Assembly: GCF_006345805.1 (NCBI RefSeq)
Contig: NC_042998.1
Coordinates: 85,002,001 to 85,066,000, forward strand
Reading direction: 5' to 3'
DNA length: 64,000 nucleotides
From: Octopus sinensis
Lineage: Eukaryota
The first letter of the stretch is position 1; every line of letters begins with the position of its first letter. A model generated the notes under the pieces. The model made no database searches, was not told where the DNA came from, and saw only the letters and a list, made by a program, of their open reading frames with translations. This document shows, piece after piece, positions 24,787 through 37,103 of the stretch. The position numbers and the translations under genes were made by a program.

Positions 24787-24835
24787 GTAAGTGTCTTAAA
24801 ATACATTTCTTTTAGCTTGGCATTATAAAGATCGC

Positions 24836-25025
24836 TTAAGGCGGCGAACTGCTTAGCGGTATTTCGTCTGTCTTTATGTTCTGGATTCAAATTCCGCCGA
24901 GGTCGATTTTGCATTTCATCCTTTCGGGATCGATAAATTAAGTACCAGTTGCGTACTGGGGTCGATTTAATCGACTGGCCCCCTCCCCAAAAAATTTCGG
25001 GCCTTGTGCCTAGAGCAGAAAAGAT
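24836..25025 (+). mobile_element. aaggcggcga SINE copy with CpGs retained
   Basis: Same family as 2053-2682, with the ggccccctcccc...ccttgtgcctagag tail. Another copy at 24042-24245. Confidence 0.85.
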
Positions 25026-26084
25026 TATACAGGTTGCTAGTTTTATATAAACAGAAATACGGATTCATTGCGGGTAGTGTTTTAAAAACACCGAAGGACT
25101 GAAAGTGTACATTGATGCTGACGCAATTAGAAACAAGAACACATTTACATTCAGAGTTCTAAACTTTGATATTATTATAAAGTGAACAGGATGATCCGAG
25201 AAAACCTTTAATGCTCTGCTTCAGCAAATAGTATAAGACTAGTAGTTCTTTTATTTCTCAGCTCTTCTCGCTGGACAGCGTTCTACAAACTCCCCTTTTG
25301 TATGTTTCAAATAAAAGTCTATTTCCCGCTGTAGTTTATTATCCATGTTTTCTTATGCTATTCTCTCACACTATGTGCTTCTTTCTATGTGTGGACTAAT
25401 AATACCATCGTGTGAAATTTATACGGAAATTACAAAAGAAAACAAGCACATAGATAATGGTTTAAAACTTTGGCACAAGGTCAGCATATTTTTAAAGTTA
25501 AAGGAAATTGGTTACATCGACCCCAGTGCTCACCTGGTACTTATTCTATGAATCCCAAAAGAATGAAAGGCAATGTCCACTTCGGTGACATTTAAACTCA
25601 GAAACGTAAAACCGAAGTAAAGTCGCTAAGCATTTTGTCTGGTGTGCGTTAGCTCGTCGCCAAGAACTTCTATAATGAAATTTTATTAAACCCTGGTGCA
25701 TCATCAGCTCCCTGATAAAACGACGTTAGCAAGTTTCTGTTCCCTGATAAAACAATGTCCTACTCTTATTCTAATCCCGACATTTATTTTTCTTGAAAAT
25801 GTGTCTAAAATATATGTATCAGATTTAGGTATTTTATTTCATGTAAAAATCATGACCGGTCTAAACATCCAGCACCTCCTTTGTGAGCTCACGTCGATCC
25901 CAAGGGGTTACTATTGTCCAGGATAAGAGTTACTGGTATAGACAATGCAAAAGAAAAAGAATTGAATAATTTGCCGTGAGGAACAGACAAATCTAACGTT
26001 TCAGACAAGACTCATCATTAAAGAGAGTGGGGAAGGAAGGAAGGTGGAAAGAGAGAGTTGGGGAGGAGAGAGAGGGAGAGAGAG

Positions 26085-26129
<45 letters not shown>

Positions 26130-27522
26130 AAAGTTCGATATTCTAACGTTTCTGTCAAGTCAGCAAATATAACTTTAAAAGAAATTGGTTTTATTTCATT
26201 TTGCTTTGAGGCAAAATGAAATCAAATCAATTCTGGAAGAGAACAACATGTCACTAGTGTTTATTTCATCGACCCTAGAAAAATGACAGAATCGACTCAT
26301 GCAGAGTTGACTCTTGACAGAGTTGACACAGCAAGCAGATCGACAAAACTAAATCAATTACGGCATTTAGCTGTTGATTAATTGTTGTTTAACGCCAGGT
26401 CAACCATAATTTAACCGAACTATGATCAAAAGCATTCCAATAGTGACCTTTTTAGGAGTATCTAATACCGCATTTTCAAAGATGCCCTTCTCATTCTCTG
26501 GACAATGGGTGTCATTTCAGAAAGATTTGATTGTTGTTTCTAACAGGTCGAGTAACCACGTGATCCGTTCATTTAATCGTTTGCTTGCTTATATGGCATT
26601 TAGTCTGGAACGTTAGCATGATTACTAAATTCCTATTCTTAGGTCTTTTATTATTTTCCGTCATTTGACTGCGGCCATGCTTGGACACTGCCTTTAGTCG
26701 AACAGATCGACCACAGGACTTATTCTTTGTAAACCTAGTACTTATTCTATTGGTCTCTTTTGTCGAAGCGCTATGTTACGTGGCCGTAAACACATCAACA
26801 TCAGTTGTCAAGCGATGGTGGGGGGACAAACACACACACACGTATATATATGTATACATATATATACGACAAGCTTCTTTCAGTTTTCATGTACCAAATT
26901 CACTCACAAGGCTATAGTAGAAGACTCTTGCCCAAGGTGCCACGCAGTGGGACTGAACCGGGAACCATGTGGTTGGTAAGCAAGCTATTTACCACACAGC
27001 CACTCCTGAAGATTAATAAAAACAACTTTAAACAAATAAATGCAGGATGTTCAGAGAAGTACAACGACAGAGGACATCTATTAACGGAGTAGAGAATATT
27101 TCATTTATTCACGGAATGTGTTTACCATTATATCTATCATCAGATCTGATTCATGCATGATTTTGATAGTTACCAGACCAATAGAATCGCATCCTGAAGC
27201 TGTTCGCTGCTGATTTAATATTATACGTTGGTATCACGATCATCCAACACCATCTCAGCGTATTTCACCTTATTAATCTCTATTCATCTAAATGTCACTT
27301 CCATATGCGAGAGGTTTTGCGTACATGTATACTTGTGCAAGTGTATGGATATGTTTGCAAATCTTCCTGTGTTTATATCATCAGTATCGCTATTTACCAT
27401 TCGAAATCCCTCGCTCGTAGTTTTTAAAAAAAATCTCTTTGTAAGTATATTTCCTTTGCTTTATGCTTTATAAGTCCTTTCTTTATTTCTTTATTTAATC
27501 AGCTATTCTTTACATTCAGTCA

Positions 27523-30500
27523 TATGTCAGGTCTCCGCTTGGAGCTACTGGTAACATGTAACCCAGTACAACCTGTTACATGGTCGGGTCGTTGGCGACT
27601 AAACTGGCAACCCCACCAAGATTTCTTGGTGAGGAGGGTGATTTGGACACCCAGCAGGACTAAAAACAAAACCTGTCAAAGGGCAGAGGAACTCTCTCAT
27701 GAGTCAATGGCCATCCAAAATCCGGAGTGGAGCCCCTAAGGCGGTTGGATTGCGCCATGCGTGCCACCTTCCGGCAGCTCCTGCATCTTGGTCTACCCCC
27801 AGTCGTCTTGACTTTGTCTTGCCACTGGATCCGGCGCACCAGGACGAGAGAGTGAGGCTGATCCTGCGCAAGTCACCCTCACTATAATCCAAGTCACGCG
27901 CATGTCACGACATCATGACGCCATGACACCATCCCAAAGTCCTGTGGCGATGGGGAAACGGCGAAGTAGCAGGTGAGGATACACTGGGAGCTGCAGTCGT
28001 GAACCCACACACAGGCGGCTCAGGACATGTGGTCGCCCCTCACTGAACTGAGGCAGCAGTGGAGTCCGGTAGCCTCCTGAGTGACCGAGCAGCCCTCTTC
28101 AGGATCGCTCTGCTCGCCTCCCCAGCATGAGGACGGGGCTAGAAAAGGTTGCCCTAAACATAGCCTGCCTCACCTCACCCTGGTCAGCAAACCGCGGCTG
28201 GCGGGGATCCTTTCCAAGCGGTCGAAACAAAGAAAGAAGAAAACAAACAAAGGTGCTCACTTTCGCAACTTGGAACGTGAGAACTCTGCTTGACAACACC
28301 AAAGCGGACAGACCAGAGAGACGAACTGCCCTGGTGGCCAGAGAACTGAGCCGATACAGTGTCGATATTGCAGCACTGAGCGAGACCCGCCTTGCGGACA
28401 AAGGCCAGCTGACAGAGACAGGCGGCGGCTACACTTTCTTTTGGAGTGGTCGCAGCAGCGAAGAGCGTCGTGAGGCAGGTGTTGGTTTTGCCATTAAGTC
28501 AGTACACGTGCGGAAACTGGAAAGCCCCCCCCCCGAGGGTATCAACGATCGGCTGATGAAGATGCAGCTCCCACTTGGAAACAAGACTAGTGCGACCATC
28601 ATCAGTGCTTACGCCCCCACCATGACCAACCCTGAAGAAGTTAAGGACAGGTTCTATGAGGAACTCGACTCCCTCATCACGTCAGCCCAGCCTGGGAAGC
28701 TCATCCTCCTTGGGGATTTTAACGCCCGTGTCGGGACTGACCACCAAGCCTGGCATCGCGTACTGGGAAAGCAAGAAATCGGAAAGTGCAACAGCAACGG
28801 ACAGCTCCTCCTGCGTGCGTGTGCCTCTCATGATCTTACCATCGCCAACACCTTGTTCCGTCTGCCAACACGCAACAAGACATCATGGATGCATCCACGC
28901 TCCAAACACTGGCATCTGATAGATTACGTCATCGTCAGGGCGAAAGACAGGCGGGACGTGAGACTGGTCAAAGCCATGTGCGGAGCTGACTGCTGGACGG
29001 ACCATCGCCTCATCATCTCCAGGATGGATTTCAACATCCGACCTAAGAGAAGACCACAGGGTCAGAAAGTGACGAGGAAGCTTAACATCACGAAATTAAG
29101 GAACCAGCTGACTGCACAAGATCTCCAGTCACGTATGGACAGTAAGCTGTTGGACATTCGGAGTGACCAGTCCAGCATCGATGAGCAGTGGGAATCATTC
29201 AGGGACACGGTTCATTCCATCGCCCTTGAAACTCTGGGCCAAATTACGAGGAACCACCAGGACTGGTTCGACGAAAACGACCAGGAAATCCAAAAGCTCC
29301 TGGAAGAGAAACGCCGTCTGCTGCGGGCTCACCAAAATGACACCACCTGCACGGCAAAGAAGGCCGCTTTCAACAACATTCGCAGCACAGTCCAGGCTAA
29401 ACTCCGCCTCATGCAAGACGCATGGTTAAGCGCCAAGGCGGATGAGATTCAGGGATACGCAGACAAACACGACACCAAGAAATTCTACGAGGCGCTGAAA
29501 GCTGTCTATGGACCGCAGTTCTCCTTTGGATCAACCCCCCTGCTCAGCTCAGATGGAACCTCACTCCTGACTAACAAGAGGCTGATCCTGGAGAGATGGG
29601 CGGAGCACTTCAACATCGTGCTCAACCGACCAGCCCAGATCAACGAGGAAGCCATCGCACGACTCCCCCAAGTGCCGACAAACCACGAGTTGGCTGTTCC
29701 CCCTGCAGTCGGGGAGTGAGCAGAGCCATCAAAAAAATGTCCACCGGCAAAGCTCCAGGCTCTGACGCCATCCTGCAGAGGTGTTCAAGTCGGGCGGCCC
29801 CACCATGATCAGTCAGCTCACCAGCTTGTTCCAGTCGATGTGGGACAGGGAACAACTCCCTCAAGATTTCCGGGATGCAACAATCGTCCACATTTATAAG
29901 CGGAAAGGAGATCGGCAGTCCTGCGACAACCACCGAGGTATTTCCCTCTTGTCCATAGCAGGCAAGATCCTGGCCCGGGTCCTGCTTGACCGCCTTCTGG
30001 AACACTTGGAGCAAGGACTTCTCCCTGAGAGCCAGTGTGGCTTCCGTGCGGGTCGAGAGACCACTGACATGATATTCGCCGCCCGCCAGCTCCAGGAGAA
30101 ATGCATGGAGCAGCACCTTGACCTCTGCATGACCTTTGTTGACCTCACCAAGGCCTTTGATACAGTCAGTCGGGAGGGACTATGGAGGGTCATGGGAAAA
30201 TTTGGTTGCCCCAGCAAATTTATTGCAATTGTCCGCCAGTTCCACGACGGAATGACAGCCAGAATCCTTGAGGACGGCGACTCATCTGAAGCCTTCCAGG
30301 TGACCAACGGAGAAAGGCAGGGCTGTGTCCTGGCCCCAACACTGTTCAGCATCATGTTCTCGGCAATGATGTCCGACGCCTTTAGGGACTGCAAGTCCGG
30401 TATCAACATCAAGTACAGGACAGACGGGAAACTTTTCAACTCCAGGAGATTGCAGGCTGTCACAAAGGTGAGGGAGACAGTCGTCAGAGACTTTCTCTTT

Positions 30501-31497
30501 GCTGACGACTGCGCCCTTAATGCAATCGATGAGCAGGAGATGCAGCTCGAGATGGACAGGTTCTCATCAGCCTGTGACAACTTCGGTCTCACCATCAGTG
30601 CAAAGAAAACCGAAGTGATGTTTCAGCCAGCCCCCGGCAAACAATACCATGAGCCTCAGATAAGGGTGAACGGACGGATCTTACGAGTGGTGGAAAACTT
30701 CACCTACCTGGGCAGCACTCTCTCCTGCAATGCCAACATAGATGCTGAAACCATCAACAGAATCTCCAAGGCAAGCAGCGCGTTTGGGAGACTGCGAAAG
30801 AAAGTCTGGGAGCAGAGAGGAATCAGCCTCAACACCAAGCTGAAAGTCTACCGGGCAGTCGTGCTTACCACTCTACTATACGGCTGCGAGACGTGGACTG
30901 CTTACCGAAGGCACGAGCGCCAGATAAACCACTTCCATCTCAGGTGTCTTCGGAATCTCCTTCACATCCGCTGGCAGGACAAAGTCCCAGACACGGAAGT
31001 TCTGAAGCAGGCAGATCTCCCTAGCACCATCACAATCATGCGCAAGGCCCAGCTGAGATGGGCGGGCCACGTCTCCCGCATGTCCGACACTCGCATCCCA
31101 AAACAGCTCTTCTACGGTGAACTCGGCCAGGGCAGGCGCAAAGTCGGAGGGCAGAAAAAGCGCTACAAGGATAGTCTCAAGGTCTCTCTCAAAGACTTCT
31201 CCATCGGAACAGAGACCTGGGAGACACTTGCTGCCAACCGCTCATCCTGGCGCAGCGCAATCACCGTGGGAGCAGGGACTGCCGAGGAGGGACGGATTCG
31301 GTCAGCGGAGCAGAAACGTCAGATGCGTAAAGTCAGAGCCGCCTGCACCAGTAGCACTGCCCCTACCCACTTCTGCCCCACCTGTGGGAGGGGCTTCCTT
31401 GCCCGGATTGGCCTCACCAGCCACCTCCGGTCTCATGGCGGCAGTTCCATCAGATGATGTCAGTTGGTCATCTTCGAACCGAAGGATGAACATCATG
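27523..31497 (+). mobile_element. Full-length RTE-clade (BovB/RTE-1-like) LINE with 11-bp TSD
   Basis: TSD ACATTCAGTCA at 27512-27522 and 31498-31508; long 5' UTR; APE plus RT ORF; very short 3' UTR with hairpin catcttcgaaccgaaggatg; visibly GC-rich relative to its flanks. Confidence 0.95.
28127..31457 (+). CDS. RTE ORF: APE endonuclease + reverse transcriptase + C2H2-like finger; two -1 frameshifts (~29716, ~29772)
   Basis: ATWNVRTL, ALSETR, SAYAPT, LGDFNARVG, HLIDYV, TDHRL; KGDRQSCDNHRGISLLS, FVDLTKAFDTV, QGCVLAP, FADD, FTYLGS; CPTCGRGFLARIGLTSHLRSH. Restoring two bases gives 3333 nt, or 1111 codons including the stop. Confidence 0.93.
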
Positions 31498-32695
31498 ACA
31501 TTCAGTCAAAGCTTTTTTTATTGCTATAGTCTTCCTATATGATGAAAATGAAGGATTACTTGTTTCATTCTTCATATTTTGTGCGAGAATCGGAGACGTG
31601 GAACTTTGAGTGTCGAAATGTGAGATGCCGCCTTCAGGAAACATAATTTAGACTCTACCTTCAGTTTCCTTCTTGTTTAAACTTTGGTGTTCCATATACA
31701 CATGTTCTCATACAGTCGCTCTTTCTTTTTTATGTGTGCGCGCGTTTGTATGTTAATATATTGCTTTATTCACCGAATAATGCCTGGACGAACCTACGCA
31801 TATTGGGTGATACGCGTTAAGTACTAAGTTCGTTCAGGCAATATTCAGTGAATGATATATTGGCATATGGATGTATGGATGAGTGTGTGCATGCGCGCGC
31901 ACTAAAATCTTGAGAAAGTGAAAGCTTACAGAAGACGTGGAACCGATGTTAAGAGGGAGAGAGAGAGAGTTAGGAGGGGAAGGGAGAACGGAGAGAATGA
32001 AATAAGAAAAGCGAGAAGAGAGAAAACGAAGGCGAATAACAAACAACAAAAAGAAAAGAATAAAGAGTTAGTGAAAACAAAGTAATGATATAAATTTAAA
32101 TATTTATCAACTGATTGATTCAAAATCTCAATCGCCATTACTGCAAATGACAGTGTTATAAAGCGGAATACTTTTTGTCACTTATAAATAACGACTTCTT
32201 TATTTGTTGCTGTCTTTTCTTACAAGCACACACGCACATACCCCATTCATATTGGTTTAAGAAACGACAGTTTATTTCCGAGTTCTTTAGAACGCTGTCG
32301 TCATGTTGATGAGAATCATTTTAAATTTCCGATATAAGATTTATTTTTTTAATTTAATTTTCCTTTTCCGCCACTAGTATTGAATTTTCATAAAATGTAG
32401 AGGAATAATATTCGCCTTGTTGTTCGATTCAATACAACGATGCATGCAATTGCCTGCCGCTGGAAAGAAAGATCAACAGTTCGCATTTTGTCAAGTTCCA
32501 TACAAAAGACACAAATTTTTGTATTCGATAGTTCAGACCACCGAGCTGTAAACGAGTAGGAGCATTGCTGAATATATAATTGACGAATGTTTCCGCTTGC
32601 TTGCTGTCCTTTGTTTGAAATTTCCCACGAGAAAAGCTTGGAAAGGGATAGGTTACTTGAAGCGATCATTTTCTAATATATGTATCGCTATCAAT

Positions 32696-32697
<2 letters not shown>

Positions 32698-32762
<65 letters not shown>
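32698..32762. repeat. (CT)n microsatellite
   Basis: Directly visible. Confidence 0.97.
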
Positions 32763-32767
<5 letters not shown>

Positions 32768-33254
32768 TTCTTTTGTCATTGACTCGTGAGCACACGCTAC
32801 CCAAGAACAACTGTATCTAGTTCGGGTGCAAAACAGCTTTTCGTCCAGTCAACGACAATTTCATTCTGCATGCGCCAATCAAATCTTGATTGACAACAAG
32901 AACTTCCACGATGATGTTGGAGGGGAGAGGCGGTTCATTTTCATCTTTTGTTTGCGTACACTTCCGACTTTCAACGCTCGTAATTCCCAGCCAAACTGTG
33001 CCAAATCTATCTCTTTTACTTGTTTCAGTAATTAGACTACGGCCATACTGGAACACTACATTCAAGAATTTTCAGTCGAACTTAATTTTAAAATTTTATT
33101 GTGTCTGGGGAGAACCATTCTCTTTTAATGCCTTATTATTTAACACATTTACCAGTTCGATTTCCACTCATTTATTTATTTTTTCTAAAATCTTCGTTGT
33201 GTCTTGCAAACTTTTCAATAGTCGTTGTTTGCTTGTTTGTGCACATGTGTGTAC

Positions 33255-33525
33255 ATCAGTGTGCATGTGTATACACATATGTATGTATGCATGTATGTAT
33301 GTGTGTATGCATGTATGTGTGTATGTATGTATGTATATGTGTGTATGCATAAATGTATGTGTGTGTGTGTGCGTACGTGTGTATGTATGTATTCTGTATA
33401 TTCATGTGTCTATGTATATGGGTTTGCGTAAGTGCATCTGTTATGTATGGATGTGTGTCTCCATATGTACCATTGTGAGTGTGTGAAGTATGCGTGTGTG
33501 TATATGGTCATGAATTTCAGTTTTC

Positions 33526-33570
<45 letters not shown>

Positions 33571-33651
33571 TGTGTCTGTGTCTGTGTGTGTCTGTGTGTG
33601 TGCGTGCTTGTCTATCCGTATTACTTACGTACTTATCTATCTGTTTACCTA

Positions 33652-33712
<61 letters not shown>

Positions 33713-33720
33713 TATATATC
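33255..33720. repeat. Compound (GTAT)n/(GT)n/(TA)n low-complexity tract
   Basis: Directly visible. Confidence 0.9.
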
Positions 33721-36706
33721 CATTTACCTACTAATATACATATATATATACATATACATAACAGCCAACTAACAATTCTACCTGTGTATATATATGAACT
33801 GTGGGTATTGGGGTGTCGCTACTTTCTCCGTATATCTCCTATTTCGTACTAGGGATGTTTCATTTATGAGGACATACACCTGCATTTGTCTGAGTGTAGG
33901 GTCCTTCGGGTGCTTGGATAAAATGCGGATGTCAAGTCGACCCAGTGTACCTTCATGTGGTCTTTGGCATGTTGGTAGAGTATGGAGGACTGTTTTTTTT
34001 GTTTTTTTTTTTGTCGTCATAATGTCTCAAATATATTCATTTAGTCTCTCCGCAATACATACATACATACATATACATACATACATATACATACATACAT
34101 ACATAATACATACATACATACATATATACATACATACATACATACATACATACAACTGGCTTCTTTCATTTTTCGTCTACCAAATCCACTCACAAGACTT
34201 TGGTCAATCCGAAGTTATAGTAGAAGACACGTGCCCATGATGCCTCGCAGGGGGACTGAACCTGGAACCATGTAGTTGGAAAGCAAACTTCTTATCCCAC
34301 AGTCACGTCGGTGCCTGTGCTTACAAAAAAATAATTGCTTCCAACTCTGGCAATGAGCAAACTGGCAGAATCGCCAGAGTATCGGACAAAACGCTCTGCA
34401 GTATTTGTTTCGACTCTACAAGTTTTTGTTTTTTTTTTCATGTCAGCCAATAATTTCAATAACCGATTTTCAGTTGATTAAATGTTGCAGTATTTGAGCT
34501 TATAGATCAAAGTTGGTCTGAGCCTATACAACAGCAACAAAAACGACGACGACATTAAACCGTCGTAGTTATTGATAAAAACTAAAAAAAAAAAACATGT
34601 AACCTTGCGCGTATGAATGTTGATGACTGTAAAATATACAAAAAGTTTAAAGGACACATTGGAAAATAGCTTACATGTTTACGACGAACGTGAATTGGCA
34701 CTGTGTATGACCTGTATGTATATGCATATATCAGTATATCCAGCTACCTATCTAAATATGTATTTGTATACATACATGTGCACACACACACACACACACA
34801 CATTATCTCTAAGTTCAGATTCTAACGATACGTGAAAGCAAATGTCATCACTGTAATCTTTCGTGGTTTAAGCTTGAAATTATCCTCTCTCTGTCTCTCA
34901 CTCTATCCCTCCCTTCTTATATCAATTCTTTTCTGAACTGACCTGACATCAATTAAAGAATAAATGCTTGTCGCTGTTTTTTGCGCGATGTTTTTTTTTT
35001 TTCGTTTTTTCCTCTTCTTCTTTGTTCTTTCTGTTTTGTTTTCCTTTGTTTCTCTCTTGTTCAAACTTTCAACTAGCCAGATCCCTGACACTTTCATTCA
35101 CTTTTGAAAATGTATAACCTGCCACCCAGCTTGTTTATCTCCTCCTCAGTTATGTCACCAGTAAAAAAGCAAACAAACAAACGCATTAGCGAATACATTT
35201 CTATACTGTATAAATGCTTTCAAGACAATTGTGAGAAACATCATGAATTGAAACCGAGGTAATTTGTATATCAAATTAAAGTAATTTATGCCAGTTGTTC
35301 TTAAACAATGTCCATCCACCACCGCCACCAAAATAGTAAATTTTATTGTCATTCCCATTCTCTATCAACGGGAACACACAGTAATATTTGCATTCATTCT
35401 TTGTTTACTGAGGAGAAATTTAGAAAGTTTAAAAACAACTTGATTTTATTAAACATGGCAATTCGTCCGCCGTCTTTTCAATTCTCACAAACCGCTCCCG
35501 GAAAGACCCCTATGTTATTCGTAGAGCACTGCGAAAAACATAGAAGTGGGGCAATTAAAATACACACATGCTGATTGTATTCTTGCTTTGCTGTTTTTCT
35601 TAGTAGCTTGTTGTATTGGTTCTCCAAGTCTTTCATCGCGCAGGTTACAACCTGGTGCCCACTGATACTCCATTCCGATGCATTTCTCTCTGTATATAGA
35701 AAACAAGCATTAAAATTCAAAATCCTTGTAGGTAGTCAGTAAAAATAAAAACCTCGTGTTATGCAAATGCAGATGACCGAGACAACGGAGTACTTGACAA
35801 CCATCCAACTGATCGGCAGTTCAAATCTTGTTTAGGAGTATTGTATTGTGTCTATCACCAAGACACTTGACTCTCAATGTTATCTGAATAGGCACAATAA
35901 ATGGCTTCCAGGTACTGCTGAAGTGGCAAATTCACAACAGTGCCGAATTCACGAATTCTTCATTGTCTTCCAGTGTCATCCATATTTCTGCAGAAAAAAA
36001 AAAAAAACTGACCTACGATAAACTACCATCCAATCCAGGTGGAGACTGAATCAGCCACTTAACGTTTGAAAAGCAATCGTTGTGCACCAGAGGCTCGGAA
36101 GCAAGGGCACAAGCGCGAGCGGGGAAGGGAATCAATACAAACGTTTTGAACATCCTCTCGAAAATACTTCATCACCAAAACGAACGAGCATAGAAACATT
36201 TTGGGACTGGCTTGAAACATTACTTTTCCATTGGATTTGTTTGACTTGATTGATGTACAACTAATAATAAAAATAATAATTACTATTATTATACCTGTGT
36301 TTGTTTTGATATCAGGATTTAAAAAGATCGACCTTGTACGTGAACAATTTGGGGCCTAGGTTTGCAGCCCTTAAGAAGATTTCGCTCCTGTATTTATGTT
36401 GTGCACTGGTCCGATATATTCTTGTAATTCAAAACGAGTTCTTTTGTTGTGTTTCGTTTGACTTAATGGGAAGAAATATTTTAGCAAATTCTAATCTAAT
36501 TTAGGTTCAAAGCCAGCAGTTTTAAGTGATGGGGAAAGATAGTCGATACTATTGACATCAGTGCTTTATTGAAGCCGGTGGGATAAATGGCAAACTTAAC
36601 CTCGAGATTTAAACTCGGAATATAAAGAACCGTAACTAAATACTACAAGGCATTTTTCGTCACTCTAATAATTCTGATTTAGGTACACGGCCAGCACTTT
36701 TAAGAG

Positions 36707-36913
36707 GTGACCGGTAATAAAGTCACAGGAAAAAAAGTCAGAGTAATAAAGTCACAATTTTGGATAGAAAAAAAAAGTCACAATTAATTTATGGTGGCCA
36801 GTAATAAAGTCACAGGGGGAAAAAATCACAATTAATTTATGGGATCTGGATAAAATTCCTGTGACTTTTTTTTTTCCTGTGATTTTCTTTCCGTGACTTT
36901 TTTACTTGGATTC
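36707..36913. mobile_element. MULE-like MITE with 9-bp TSD, inserted in a SINE
   Basis: TSD TTTTAAGAG at 36698-36706 and 36914-36922; G...C termini; repeated AAAGTCAC on the left and inverted GTGACTTT on the right. Confidence 0.65.
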
Positions 36914-37103
36914 TTTTAAGAGGAAGAGGTTTAGCCGATTCCATCAACTTCTATACTTGTCTGATTTTATCGACCTCGGAGAAATGAAAGACGAGGTTGG
37001 CCTCAGCGGAATTTGAGCTTAAAATGTAAAGAGTCGTAACTATATACCGCAAGGCATTCTTCCGACGCTCTAACGATTCTGCAAATCCACCAGCCGAATA
37101 ATA

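Noticed and set aside
27595-27650. Possible twister ribozyme (TAA...GAGGAGGGT) in the RTE 5' UTR
   Set aside because: The P4/L4 (UNNNAAGC) element and P1 pairing are absent.
27860-27975. GGGGAAACGGCGAAGTAGCAGG resembling an HDV ribozyme J4/2-P2 end
   Set aside because: Could not build consistent P1, P1.1 and P3 helices upstream.
36716-36905. Short regularly repeated motifs suggestive of a CRISPR-like array
   Set aside because: Eukaryotic context, no unique spacers of regular length; these are subterminal repeats of a TSD-flanked MITE.
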